Below are positions 17,159 to 26,584 of a stretch of 64,000 nucleotides of DNA, in pieces; the stretch's first letter is position 1; the number at the start of each line of letters is the position of its first letter. The position numbers were made by a program, and so were the translations under genes. The stretch covers positions 10,024 through 74,023 of the forward strand of contig JAIDDH010000091.1 in the NCBI GenBank assembly GCA_029055435.1, written 5' to 3'. The DNA comes from Acetatifactor sp. GTDB taxonomy: Bacteria > Bacillota > Clostridia > Lachnospirales > Lachnospiraceae. Below the pieces are notes generated by a model. The model was not told the origin of the DNA, did not search any database, and was given only the letters and a program-made list of their open reading frames with translations.

Positions 17159-17251
17159 TATGCAAAAATTAATGCATAAAATGCATAAAAACCGATTTTT
17201 ATTCAAAAATTTCAAAAAAGTAGTGGACATTTATGCAAAAAGTGTTATGAT
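17159..17251 (+). promoter_or_regulatory. argC promoter region with ATGCA-type ARG-box-like repeats (candidate ArgR/AhrC operator)
   Basis: TATGCA-AAAATTAA-TGCATA-AA-ATGCAT at 17159-17186. -35 TGGACA at 17224-17229 and -10 TATGAT at 17246-17251, with another TTATGCAAAAA in the spacer. Confidence 0.35.
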
Positions 17252-17304
17252 AACAAGAAAGGCTTGGGTGATGGGGCGTTATTCATCCATAGGAGGTATA
17301 AGAC

Positions 17305-18363
17305 ATGATTAAGGTAGGTATTATCGGTGCGACGGGTTATGCGGGTGGCGAGCTGGTTCGCATTCTGGCAAATCATAAGGATGCAAAGGTTGTCTGGTAC
17401 GGTTCCAGAAGTTACATAGATCAGAGATATCAGGATGTCTATCGGAATATGTTTCAGATTGTTGAGGATGTGTGCAAGGATGATAATTTGCAGGAGCTTG
17501 CGGCTCAGGTGGATGTGATTTTCACGGCTACGCCTCAGGGCTTTCTGGCAGGACTGCTCACCGAGGATATTCTGCAGAAGGTGAAGATTGTGGATCTGTC
17601 TGCGGATTATCGCATCAAGGATGTAAAGATTTATGAGAAATGGTACGGGATTGAGCACAAGTCGCCGCAGTTTATTCCGGAGGCAGTCTATGGTCTTTGT
17701 GAATTAAATCGCGGACAGATAACAAATAAGACCCGGCTGGTGGCCAATCCTGGCTGTTATACCACTTGTTCCATCCTGACGGCTTATCCTCTGGTGAAGG
17801 AAGGGCTGATCGATGTGACCACTCTGATTGTGGACGCGAAGTCGGGAACCTCCGGTGCGGGCAGAGGCGCAAAGCTGCCGAATCTGTTCTGCGAGGTCAA
17901 TGAAAATATGAAGGCTTACGGCGTGGCGAGCCATCGTCATACACCCGAGATCGAGGAGCAACTGGGCTATGCGGGAGATTGCCAGGTGACCATCAATTTC
18001 ACGCCGCATCTGGTGCCCATGAACCGCGGTATTCTGGTGACGGAATATGCGTCACTGAAGAGAAAGGCTGACGGTTCCCTGCCCACCAATGAGGAGATCC
18101 GGGCGGCCTATGATAAATATTATGCCAAGGAAAAGTTCGTGCGCGTGCTTGAGCCGGGCGTCTGCCCTGAGACCAAATGGGTGGAGGGCAGCAATTATGT
18201 GGACGTGAATTTTGTCATCGACGAGAGAACTGGACGCGTTATCATGATGGGAGCACTGGATAATCTGGTGAAGGGAGCTGCAGGACAGGCGGTGCAGAAT
18301 ATGAATCTGTTGTTCGGACTGCCGGAGGATGAGGGACTGGAGCTGGTTCCCTGCTTCCCTTAA
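17305..18363 (+). CDS. argC: N-acetyl-gamma-glutamyl-phosphate reductase
   Basis: MIKVGIIGATGYAGGELVRIL..., active-site region ..ANPGCYTTC.., 352 aa, AGGAGG RBS. Confidence 0.95.
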   Translation: MIKVGIIGATGYAGGELVRILANHKDAKVVWYGSRSYIDQRYQDVYRNMFQIVEDVCKDDNLQELAAQVDVIFTATPQGFLAGLLTEDILQKVKIVDLSADYRIKDVKIYEKWYGIEHKSPQFIPEAVYGLCELNRGQITNKTRLVANPGCYTTCSILTAYPLVKEGLIDVTTLIVDAKSGTSGAGRGAKLPNLFCEVNENMKAYGVASHRHTPEIEEQLGYAGDCQVTINFTPHLVPMNRGILVTEYASLKRKADGSLPTNEEIRAAYDKYYAKEKFVRVLEPGVCPETKWVEGSNYVDVNFVIDERTGRVIMMGALDNLVKGAAGQAVQNMNLLFGLPEDEGLELVPCFP

Positions 18364-18405
18364 ATGCAATAATATTTCCATTTGGAATTTAGTAGGAGAG
18401 CTGTT

Positions 18406-19089
18406 TTGAAGGTTGCAGTTTTTGATTTGGGTGGTACGTTAATGCAGTATGCAGGAATGCCTGATTCATGGGTGGATTTTTATGATCAGGGATTTGAGGC
18501 GATCATTCAAAAATTCAATTGTAATATCTCAAAAGAAACCGTTGAAAAATCACTTCAAATGTTAAAGGACTTCAATCCGAGAATTAATTACAGGGAGATT
18601 GAATATTCCGCAGAATTTATATTTACAAAAATATTAGAGGACTGGCATATCGATATTCCCATTCAAAGTTGTATAGAAACCTTTTGGGGAGGATTGAAGC
18701 TAAAGGCGGAAATATACCCGGATACAATTGATGTATTACAAAAGTTAAAGGAAAAAGGGTATGTTATAGCGGCATTTACTGATTTGCCCAATGCGATGCC
18801 TGATGAAATTTTTAGAAGAGATATTTCAGAACTGCTTGGTTATTTTGATTATTATGTTTCATCTTCTGTTGCAGGATATAGAAAGCCAAATAGTAAAGGA
18901 CTGCAAATGATTTCTGAAAAATTTGCCACGCCAATTACAGAATTGGTTTTTGTTGGAGATGAAGAAAAAGATAGGAAAACAGCATTTAATGCTAATTGCA
19001 AATTTGTTCGGATACAACGTGCAGATAAGAGTGAAGGAAGCATTAGTGATTTATATGAATTATTAACAAAACTAAGGATTAATACGTGA
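18406..19089 (+). CDS. HAD-superfamily hydrolase
   Basis: Probable TTG start at 18406 (MKVAVFDLGGTL, HAD motif I DxG/DxD-like) after AGGAG. Motif ..VGDEEKD.. lies near the C-terminus. Strongly AT-rich relative to the arg genes. Confidence 0.75.
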   Translation: MKVAVFDLGGTLMQYAGMPDSWVDFYDQGFEAIIQKFNCNISKETVEKSLQMLKDFNPRINYREIEYSAEFIFTKILEDWHIDIPIQSCIETFWGGLKLKAEIYPDTIDVLQKLKEKGYVIAAFTDLPNAMPDEIFRRDISELLGYFDYYVSSSVAGYRKPNSKGLQMISEKFATPITELVFVGDEEKDRKTAFNANCKFVRIQRADKSEGSISDLYELLTKLRINT

Positions 19090-19097
19090 GGAACGAT

Positions 19098-19568
19098 ATG
19101 AACAATGCAGAGAAGACATTTACCATACGAACCATGACAAAGGAAGATTATGACGGGCTGCGGGCGCTCTGGATGACCATTAAGGGCTTTGGCATCCGCA
19201 GTATCGACGATTCCAGAGAGGGTGTGGAACAGTTTTTAAATAGAAATCCCGAGACCAGCGTGGTGGCGGTGGCAGCGGATGGCTCCATCGTAGGCGGTAT
19301 TCTCTGCGGACATGACGGCAGGAGAGGATGTCTTTATCATGTGTGTGTGCGGGAGGATTACAGGAGACTTGGCATCGGCAAGGCCATGGTGGTATATTGT
19401 ATGAATGCTCTGAAGGCGGAGCGCATCAACAAGGTGAGCCTGATTGCGTTCACGAAAAACGATGTGGGAAATGCCTTCTGGAACTGTATCGGCTGGACCA
19501 AAAGAGAGGATTTGAATTATTATGACTTTACATTGAACGAGGACAATATCACGGCCTTTAATCAATGA
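19098..19568 (+). CDS. GNAT family N-acetyltransferase
   Basis: 156 aa. Acetyl-CoA-binding motif ..VREDYRRLGIGKAMV.. Start ATG 19098 after GAGGAA. The track ORF starts at GTG 19086. Confidence 0.8.
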   Translation: MNNAEKTFTIRTMTKEDYDGLRALWMTIKGFGIRSIDDSREGVEQFLNRNPETSVVAVAADGSIVGGILCGHDGRRGCLYHVCVREDYRRLGIGKAMVVYCMNALKAERINKVSLIAFTKNDVGNAFWNCIGWTKREDLNYYDFTLNEDNITAFNQ

Positions 19569-19633
19569 CGGTGAACCGACAGTAAAACGGTTGTAAAATA
19601 ATTTTGATATAACAGGATTGGAGTGTGCGGAAA

Positions 19634-20875
19634 ATGAGTGCGGAGACAAAAATCAAGCAGATCGAGGGCGGTGTGACCGCGGCGAAAGGGTTTCAGGCAG
19701 CGGGCGTGGAGGCCGGCGTCAAATATCAGAACAGAAAGGACATGGCGCTGATCTACAGCACGGTTCCCTGCAAGGTGGCGGGAACTTTTACCAGCAATGT
19801 AGTGAAAGCGGCCCCTGTGCTCTGGGATAAAAAAGTAGTGGAGCAGTCCGAGTTTGCCCAGGCAGTTGTGGTAAACTCCGGCATTGCCAATGCATGCACG
19901 GGAAAGCCGGGTATGGCGGCCTGCGAGGAGACCGCGGCCTGCGCCGGAAAACTTTTACAGATTCCCGCGGATGCGGTGCTGGTGGCGTCCACCGGGGTCA
20001 TCGGGATGCAGCTTCCCACAGACAGAATCTGCGCGGGGGTGGAACAGCTTGTGGCAAAGAAAGCGGATACTCTGGATGCAGGTCTGGATGCGGCGAAGGC
20101 CATTATGACCACGGACACGGTGCATAAGCAGATTGCTGTGGAGGTGGAAATCGGCGGAAAGACCGTGACAATCGGCGGTATGTGCAAGGGCTCCGGCATG
20201 ATTCATCCCAATATGTGTACCATGCTTGGCTTTGTGACTACGGATGCAAACATCTCGAAAGAGATGCTACAGAAAGCAGTCAGCGCTGATATAGTGGATA
20301 CATTTAATATGATTAGTGTGGACGGCGATACATCCACCAACGATACGCTGCTGGTGCTGGCAAACGGACTGGCAGGCAATGCGGAGATTGCCGGAGAAGG
20401 CGCGGATTATGATATTTTTTGTGAGGCATTGCATGTGATTACTTCTTATCTTGCAAAAAAGATGGCGGGGGACGGCGAAGGTGCCACAGCCCTGTTTGAG
20501 TGCCGCGTTGTGGGTGCGGACACCAAGGAAAATGCCCGGGTTTTGGCGAAGGCAGTCATCTGTTCTTCATTGACCAAGGCGGCTATCTTTGGACATGACG
20601 CCAATTTTGGACGGTTTCTTTGCGCGCTGGGATATTCCGGAGTACAGTTTGACCCGGAGCAGGTGGATTTGTATTTTATGAGTGAGAGCGGGAAACTGCC
20701 GATTTTCAGCGGAGGTATCGCCTGCGACTACAGCGAGGAGGAGGCCACGAAGATTCTCTCCGACCCGGAGGTGACCGTGCTGGCGGATATGCACATGGGA
20801 GATGCCGAGGCCACTGCATGGGGCTGTGACTTAAGCTATGACTATGTGAAAATCAATGCGGACTACCGCAGTTAG
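19634..20875 (+). CDS. argJ: Bifunctional ornithine acetyltransferase / N-acetylglutamate synthase
   Basis: ..GGVTAAKGFQAAG.., ..KGSGMIHPNMCTMLGF.. (autoproteolytic TML site), ..DLSYDYVKINADYRS C-terminus. Confidence 0.95.
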   Translation: MSAETKIKQIEGGVTAAKGFQAAGVEAGVKYQNRKDMALIYSTVPCKVAGTFTSNVVKAAPVLWDKKVVEQSEFAQAVVVNSGIANACTGKPGMAACEETAACAGKLLQIPADAVLVASTGVIGMQLPTDRICAGVEQLVAKKADTLDAGLDAAKAIMTTDTVHKQIAVEVEIGGKTVTIGGMCKGSGMIHPNMCTMLGFVTTDANISKEMLQKAVSADIVDTFNMISVDGDTSTNDTLLVLANGLAGNAEIAGEGADYDIFCEALHVITSYLAKKMAGDGEGATALFECRVVGADTKENARVLAKAVICSSLTKAAIFGHDANFGRFLCALGYSGVQFDPEQVDLYFMSESGKLPIFSGGIACDYSEEEATKILSDPEVTVLADMHMGDAEATAWGCDLSYDYVKINADYRS

Positions 20876-20890
20876 GCGGAATAGGAATCA

Positions 20891-21817
20891 ATGGAGGAAG
20901 AAGCACAAATGGAAAAGGATATGCAGGCAGTCTTAAAGAAAGCGGAGGTGCTCATCGAGGCCCTTCCTTACATACAGCAGTTTAACCGTAAGATTATCGT
21001 GGTGAAATATGGCGGCAGTGCCATGAGCAACGAGGAGCTGCAGAAAAATGTCATCAAGGACGTGACTCTCTTAAAGCTGGTAGGGTTTAAGCCCATCATC
21101 GTACACGGCGGCGGCAAGGAAATCAGCCGCTGGGTTGGGAAGGTCGGCAAGGAGGCCAAGTTTGTGAATGGTCTTAGAGTCACGGATGAAGAGACCATGG
21201 AGATTGCCGAGATGGTGCTGGGCAAGGTGAACAAGAGTCTGGTGTCCATGGTGCAGGAGCTGGGCGTGAAGGCTGTGGGAATCAGCGGCAAGGACGGCGG
21301 ACTGCTGACGGTGGAGAAGAAATACGCAGGAGGAGAGGACATCGGTTTTGTGGGTGATATCACGGAGGTGAATCCTAAGGTGCTTTATGACCTTCTGGAG
21401 AAGGATTTTCTGCCCATCGTTGCGCCCATCGGTCTGGACAATCAGTTTCAGACTTATAATATCAATGCGGACGATGCAGCCTGTGCCATCGCCAAGGCTG
21501 TGGGCGCGGACAAGCTGGTATTCCTCACGGATATCGAGGGACTTTACAGGGATGTGGAGGACAAGTCCTCCTTTATCTCAAGACTCACCGCCAGCCAGGC
21601 GGATGAGCTGATTGAGGGCGGTTACATCGGCGGCGGTATGCTGCCCAAGCTTGCAAACTGCACCTCAGCCATCAGAAACGGAGTCAACCGCGTACATATT
21701 CTGGACGGCCGGATTCCTCACTGCCTGCTTCTGGAGATTTTTACCAACGAGGGCGTGGGCACCGCTATTATCGCGGATGAGGACAAAGAGAGCTTAAACG
21801 GAGCAAAGAAAGCATAA
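20891..21817 (+). CDS. argB: Acetylglutamate kinase
   Basis: ..[29 protein letters not shown].., ..IVHGGG.., ..NINADDAA... The start is uncertain: 20891, 20909 or 20921. Confidence 0.9.
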   Translation: MEEEAQMEKDMQAVLKKAEVLIEALPYIQQFNRKIIVVKYGGSAMSNEELQKNVIKDVTLLKLVGFKPIIVHGGGKEISRWVGKVGKEAKFVNGLRVTDEETMEIAEMVLGKVNKSLVSMVQELGVKAVGISGKDGGLLTVEKKYAGGEDIGFVGDITEVNPKVLYDLLEKDFLPIVAPIGLDNQFQTYNINADDAACAIAKAVGADKLVFLTDIEGLYRDVEDKSSFISRLTASQADELIEGGYIGGGMLPKLANCTSAIRNGVNRVHILDGRIPHCLLLEIFTNEGVGTAIIADEDKESLNGAKKA

Positions 21818-21853
21818 GGAGCATAAGGTCTGGAAAAAGGAAGGAATAAAATC

Positions 21854-23041
21854 ATGGATATGAAAGAATATATTGAGCAGGCGGAACAAGACCTGCTGCA
21901 CACCTATAATCGCTATCAGATTGTGTTGGACAAGGGCGAGGGCGTGTATCTCTATGATATTGAAGGTAAAAAATATCTGGATTTTGTGGCGGGTATAGCT
22001 GTGTTTGCTCTGGGGTATCATTATCCTGGATATGACGAGGCGCTGAAAGCACAGATTGATAAGCTGCTGCACACTTCCAATTATTATTATAATGTACCGG
22101 CTATTGAGGCGGCGAGAAAGGTGAAGAAGCTCTCCGGTATGGACCGGGTGTTCTTTACCAATTCCGGAGCGGAGGCGCTGGAGGGGGCTATCAAGGCCGC
22201 AAAAAAATATGCATGGCTGAAGGATGGTGCGCACGACCATGAGTTGGTCGCCATGAACCATTCCTTCCACGGCAGAACCATGGGAGCTCTGGCGGTCACC
22301 GGTAATCCCAAATACAGGGAGCCCTTTGAGCCTCTGATCGGCACTGTCAAATTTGCTGAGCTCAATGATTTTGACAGTGTGCTGAGCTGTGTGACGGATA
22401 AAACCTGCGGTATCATTCTGGAGCCCGTGCAGGGCGAGGGTGGTCTGCAGCCTGCCACAGAGGAGTTCCTGCAGAAGCTGCGTGCGCTTTGTGACGAGCG
22501 GGATATTCTGCTGATCTTTGACGAGGTGCAGTGTGGCATGGGAAGAACCGGTTATCCTTACGCATGGCAGCGCTATGGCATCAAACCGGATATCATGACC
22601 AGCGCAAAGGCTCTGGGCTGCGGCGTGCCCGTGGGTGCGTTTATGATGACGGAGCGTGTGGCGCAGAACTCTCTCACCAGCGGCGATCACGGCACGACCT
22701 ACGGAGGCAATCCTCTGGCGGCCGCAGCGGTGGCAAAGGTGCTGGAGATTTATGAGCGGGATGGAATCGTGGAGCATGTGCAGACGGTTGCCCCTTATCT
22801 GGAAAAGCGGCTGAAAGAGCTTGCGGAGAAATACGACTGCATCACCGGGCACAGAGGTGTGGGACTGATGCAGGGGCTTGTGTTTGACCGGCCCGTGGGC
22901 GAGATTATCACCAGGGCAGTGGAGAAGGGCCTGCTTCTCATCAATGCCGGGCCGAACATCATCCGTTTCGTTCCTCCGTTAATTATCACAGAGCAGAATA
23001 TTGACGATATGATCGGGATTTTGGACACTTGTATCGAGTAG
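21854..23041 (+). CDS. argD: Acetylornithine aminotransferase (class III PLP aminotransferase)
   Basis: ..FTNSGAEALEGAIK.., ..LIFDEVQCGMGRTG.., PLP-Lys region ..DIMTSAKALG.., 395 aa. Confidence 0.9.
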   Translation: MDMKEYIEQAEQDLLHTYNRYQIVLDKGEGVYLYDIEGKKYLDFVAGIAVFALGYHYPGYDEALKAQIDKLLHTSNYYYNVPAIEAARKVKKLSGMDRVFFTNSGAEALEGAIKAAKKYAWLKDGAHDHELVAMNHSFHGRTMGALAVTGNPKYREPFEPLIGTVKFAELNDFDSVLSCVTDKTCGIILEPVQGEGGLQPATEEFLQKLRALCDERDILLIFDEVQCGMGRTGYPYAWQRYGIKPDIMTSAKALGCGVPVGAFMMTERVAQNSLTSGDHGTTYGGNPLAAAAVAKVLEIYERDGIVEHVQTVAPYLEKRLKELAEKYDCITGHRGVGLMQGLVFDRPVGEIITRAVEKGLLLINAGPNIIRFVPPLIITEQNIDDMIGILDTCIE

Positions 23042-23051
23042 GAGCATCTAT

Positions 23052-24461
23052 ATGCATTTAAAAAACAGAATTATCATGGTGGCAGCGGTGGCTCTGGGCG
23101 TGGCGGCTGTGCTGGCCGGCGGAACCGGACAGGTGCGCCCTCTGGAGGATGCGGATAAGAGGACTGGTATCTTTGGAAGCAGCGATAAGGAGACCATCTA
23201 TTTTTGGTATACGGACGAGACCATGACCAGCTTTATCAACAGTGCGGCGGTATCCTTCGGCGAGCGGGAGGGAGTGCGGGTGATTCCCGTGCTGACCTAT
23301 GAGGGAGCGTATCTGGAGGCCATCAATCAGGCTTCTCTGCAGGAAGGACAGATGCCGGATGTGTATCTGATTGGAAATGATTCTCTGGAGAAAGCTTATC
23401 TGGCCGGACTTGCCAGTGAGACCAAAGACGCCGGAGCCGTGTGCAACACGGATAATTTCCCGGAGACGGCGCTGACAGCGGTGAGCTTTCACGGGAAGAA
23501 TATCGCCTATCCCCTGTATTTTGAGACAAGTGCTCTGATTTATAATGAGAGCTATATGGCGGAGTGGGCCCTGCAGCAGGCGCGCAGGAAGCTGGCTGAG
23601 GCCGAGGACAATGAGGCCGGAGAGAACAGCTCCGGCGCTGCGGAGGGTGACGCCGGTCTGACGGAAGAGGAGGCGGCTCTGGCGCAGCAATATCTGGAAA
23701 ACGGGATTCCTGCCACAGTGGACGATATTTTGAATATTGCCGACACCTTTGATTTGCCCGAGGGTGTGGACGGTATCATGAAATGGGATGTGTCGGATAT
23801 CTTTTATAATTACTGGATTGTGGGAAGATATCTTGTGGTGGGCGGCGCTGCCGGAGACGATGAGAGTGCTATCGATATCGACAATCCTGAGACGGTGCAG
23901 TGTCTGGAGGTTTACAAGGCGCTGAATCAGTTCTTTTCCATGGAGTCGGACACGATTACTTACGATTCTGTGCTGCAGGATTTTATTGATGGCAAGATTC
24001 TCTTTACCGTGGCTACCACAGACGCCATCCGACGTCTTGACGAGGCCAGGGAAGACGGAAGCTTTGTCTATGAATATGGCGTGGCTACTATGCCGGAAGT
24101 CAGCGAAGAACTGGAGAGCGCGTCCCTGTCTATGACAGGCGCGGTTGCGGTGAACGGTTATTCGGAGCACAAGGAGCTGGCAAACGGCTTTGCGGCCTAT
24201 CTGGTATACGATTGCGCGGAGGAGCTCTACGAGAAAACGGGAAAGCTTCCCGCCAGAAACGGGACGGACGAAGATAATGGGCCGGCTCAGATATTCAAAC
24301 TGGAATATGCGGACAGCGTGTCCCTGCCCAAGCTCATGGAGACGGGCAATTTCTGGCTGCAGATGGAGGTGTTGTTTTCCAAAGTCTGGAACGGCGCGGA
24401 GGTTGAGCCACTGGTCTCGGAGCTGGCGGAGCAGATTGCCGCTCAGGTGGCGAATTTATAG
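23052..24461 (+). CDS. Extracellular solute-binding-protein-like protein (family 1 SBP fold), membrane-anchored, orphan
   Basis: N-terminal TM/signal anchor IIMVAAVALGVAAVLAG, then MalE-like features (..IYFWYTDE.., ..GKNIAYPLYFETSALIYN..). No cognate permease genes are adjacent. Confidence 0.65.
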   Translation: MHLKNRIIMVAAVALGVAAVLAGGTGQVRPLEDADKRTGIFGSSDKETIYFWYTDETMTSFINSAAVSFGEREGVRVIPVLTYEGAYLEAINQASLQEGQMPDVYLIGNDSLEKAYLAGLASETKDAGAVCNTDNFPETALTAVSFHGKNIAYPLYFETSALIYNESYMAEWALQQARRKLAEAEDNEAGENSSGAAEGDAGLTEEEAALAQQYLENGIPATVDDILNIADTFDLPEGVDGIMKWDVSDIFYNYWIVGRYLVVGGAAGDDESAIDIDNPETVQCLEVYKALNQFFSMESDTITYDSVLQDFIDGKILFTVATTDAIRRLDEAREDGSFVYEYGVATMPEVSEELESASLSMTGAVAVNGYSEHKELANGFAAYLVYDCAEELYEKTGKLPARNGTDEDNGPAQIFKLEYADSVSLPKLMETGNFWLQMEVLFSKVWNGAEVEPLVSELAEQIAAQVANL

Positions 24462-24565
24462 TATAAGATTCATAGTATAACGAAACCAACCATAGGGCAA
24501 GATACTAACACGGGAAAATCCTTACAGGCCGGGCCTGTGAGAGACAGAAGGGAGTATCTGGAGAT

Positions 24566-24997
24566 ATGGTTGGTTTTTTGATTGCATTGATATCGGGAGC
24601 TTTGATGAGTGTGCAGGGAGTGTTCAACACGCAGGTCACGAAGGCCTCGGCGATATGGAGCGCCAGCGCCTTTGTACAGTTTACGGCGTTGTTAGTCTGT
24701 CTGGGGGCATGGCTCTGCACTGAGCGGGGGTCTCTTTTGCAGGTGTTTTCAGTGCAGCCCAAATATATGCTTTTAGGGGGCGCAATTGGAGCTTTCATCA
24801 CTTACACAGTCATCCGTAGCATGGATATGTTGGGGCCCGCCAAGGCGGTGATGCTGATTGTGGTGGCCCAGCTTGCGGTGGCCTATGCCATTGAGCTTCT
24901 GGGATGGTTCGGCGTGGAGAAGCAGCCATGGGAGTGGAGAAAGGCTATCGGCATGGCAGTGGCCATCGTGGGAATTATCGTCTTTAAATGGAAATAA
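24566..24997 (+). CDS. DMT-superfamily small membrane transporter (YdcZ/DUF606-like)
   Basis: 143 aa with 5 TM segments: MVGFLIALISGALMSVQGVFN... and ...KAIGMAVAIVGIIVFKW. Confidence 0.7.
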   Translation: MVGFLIALISGALMSVQGVFNTQVTKASAIWSASAFVQFTALLVCLGAWLCTERGSLLQVFSVQPKYMLLGGAIGAFITYTVIRSMDMLGPAKAVMLIVVAQLAVAYAIELLGWFGVEKQPWEWRKAIGMAVAIVGIIVFKWK

Positions 24998-25148
24998 AAG
25001 GGAAAAAACAGTAATAGTTAAAATTTCTTTAATTTTTGGAATCCGGCTTGTAAATGGCAAATAATTCCCTTACAATAAGTATTGTCAGCAAACACAATGC
25101 ACTGATATAGCAAGGACAGTTTTCTCCCGTCGAGAGAGGAGAGAAAAC

Positions 25149-25826
25149 ATGAGTGCAGAAAAAACTAAAAACAAAATTAAAAATAATATCAAAAGCAGTA
25201 TTTACCAGGGCCTCTGCGGGGCAGCAGGCCTTGTGCTGTGTGTGGTTTTGGCGGGATGTCACAAAGCCGACAGAGCAATTACCCTGCCTGTGGGAGAATT
25301 AATTGAGACGGCAGAGCAGGGGGCTGCGGCGGAGCTTATGCCGGGATCCGGGAATTTGCCGGAGTATGCGTCCGGGTCGGAAACTCAGGCCTCGTCGGAG
25401 GCATCCATGATCTATGTCTATGTCTGCGGCGCGGTGAAGGAACCGGGAGTTGTGCTGCTTCCAGAGGGGAGCCGCGGTCAGGATGCGCTGGAGGCCGCAG
25501 GCGGTTTTGCTGAAGATGCGGCGAAGGAGGCTGTGAATCTGGCGGAAGTTCTGACGGATGGCATGAAGCTGTATTTTCCCACGCCGGAAGAGGCCTTGGA
25601 AGCCGAAATCGAATCGCAGGAGCGGGACGCCGGGCTGATAGACATCAATACCGCGGGAGTGGAGCTTCTGTGTACGCTGCCCGGCATCGGGGAGGCCAGA
25701 GCGAAGGCTATTGTGGCTTATCGGGAGGAGCACGGAGCTTTTGGCAGCGCGGAGGAGATCATGCAGGTGTCCGGGATTAAAGACAGCGCCTACAATAAAA
25801 TCAAGGCGCTGATTACTGTGAAATAA
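25149..25826 (+). CDS. comEA: ComEA family DNA-binding competence protein (SLBB + helix-hairpin-helix)
   Basis: Signal anchor; ..IYVYVCGAVKEPGVVLLPEGSR.. (SLBB); C-terminal ..DINTAGVELLCTLPGIGEARAKAIVAYREEHGAFGSAEEIMQVSGI.. (HhH). Confidence 0.85.
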   Translation: MSAEKTKNKIKNNIKSSIYQGLCGAAGLVLCVVLAGCHKADRAITLPVGELIETAEQGAAAELMPGSGNLPEYASGSETQASSEASMIYVYVCGAVKEPGVVLLPEGSRGQDALEAAGGFAEDAAKEAVNLAEVLTDGMKLYFPTPEEALEAEIESQERDAGLIDINTAGVELLCTLPGIGEARAKAIVAYREEHGAFGSAEEIMQVSGIKDSAYNKIKALITVK

Positions 25827-25877
25827 GACATATATTGTGTGAAATAAAATGAGATGAGAGAAGAGTGAGGAAGGGAA

Positions 25878-26573
25878 ATGGCGGAGAAGAGAGTGCTGGT
25901 GGTAGACGATGAGAAGCTGATCGTGAAGGGAATCCGATTCAGTCTGGAGCAGGATGATCTGCAGGTGGACTGTGCATACGATGGTGAGGAAGCTGTGGAG
26001 TACGCGAGAAACAATCGATATGATATTATTTTGCTGGATGTCATGCTGCCTAAGCTCACCGGTTTTGAGGTGTGTCAGCAGATACGGGAATTCTCCAATG
26101 TGCCCATCATCATGCTCACGGCCAAGGGCGACGACATGGATAAGATACTGGGATTGGAGTACGGCGCTGACGATTATATCACAAAGCCTTTTAATATTCT
26201 TGAGGTGAAAGCCCGTATCAAGGCCATTATGCGTCGTGTGGAGCCCAAGACCGGTTCCAGGGAGGCGCAGCGTTTTGTAGAGAGCGGCGATATGAAGCTG
26301 GACTGCGAGGGCAGAAGAGTTTATATCGAGGGACGGGAGATCAGTCTCACTGCCAAGGAATTTGAGGTGCTGGAGCTTCTGATGTTTAATCCCAATAAAG
26401 TATATGGCCGAGAGGCGCTTCTGAAGCTGGTGTGGGGGGCAGATTACCCCGGGGATGTACGCACAGTGGATGTACATATCAGAAGACTGCGCGAGAAGAT
26501 TGAGGAAAACCCCAGTGAGCCCAAGTATGTTCACACAAAGTGGGGAGTCGGTTATTATTTTTTGAATGATTAG
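25878..26573 (+). CDS. OmpR-family response regulator
   Basis: ..RVLVVDDE.., ..IILLDVMLPKLTGF.., winged-helix C-terminus ..TKWGVGYYF. Confidence 0.9.
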   Translation: MAEKRVLVVDDEKLIVKGIRFSLEQDDLQVDCAYDGEEAVEYARNNRYDIILLDVMLPKLTGFEVCQQIREFSNVPIIMLTAKGDDMDKILGLEYGADDYITKPFNILEVKARIKAIMRRVEPKTGSREAQRFVESGDMKLDCEGRRVYIEGREISLTAKEFEVLELLMFNPNKVYGREALLKLVWGADYPGDVRTVDVHIRRLREKIEENPSEPKYVHTKWGVGYYFLND

Positions 26574-26584
26574 TAGGGCCGGGG

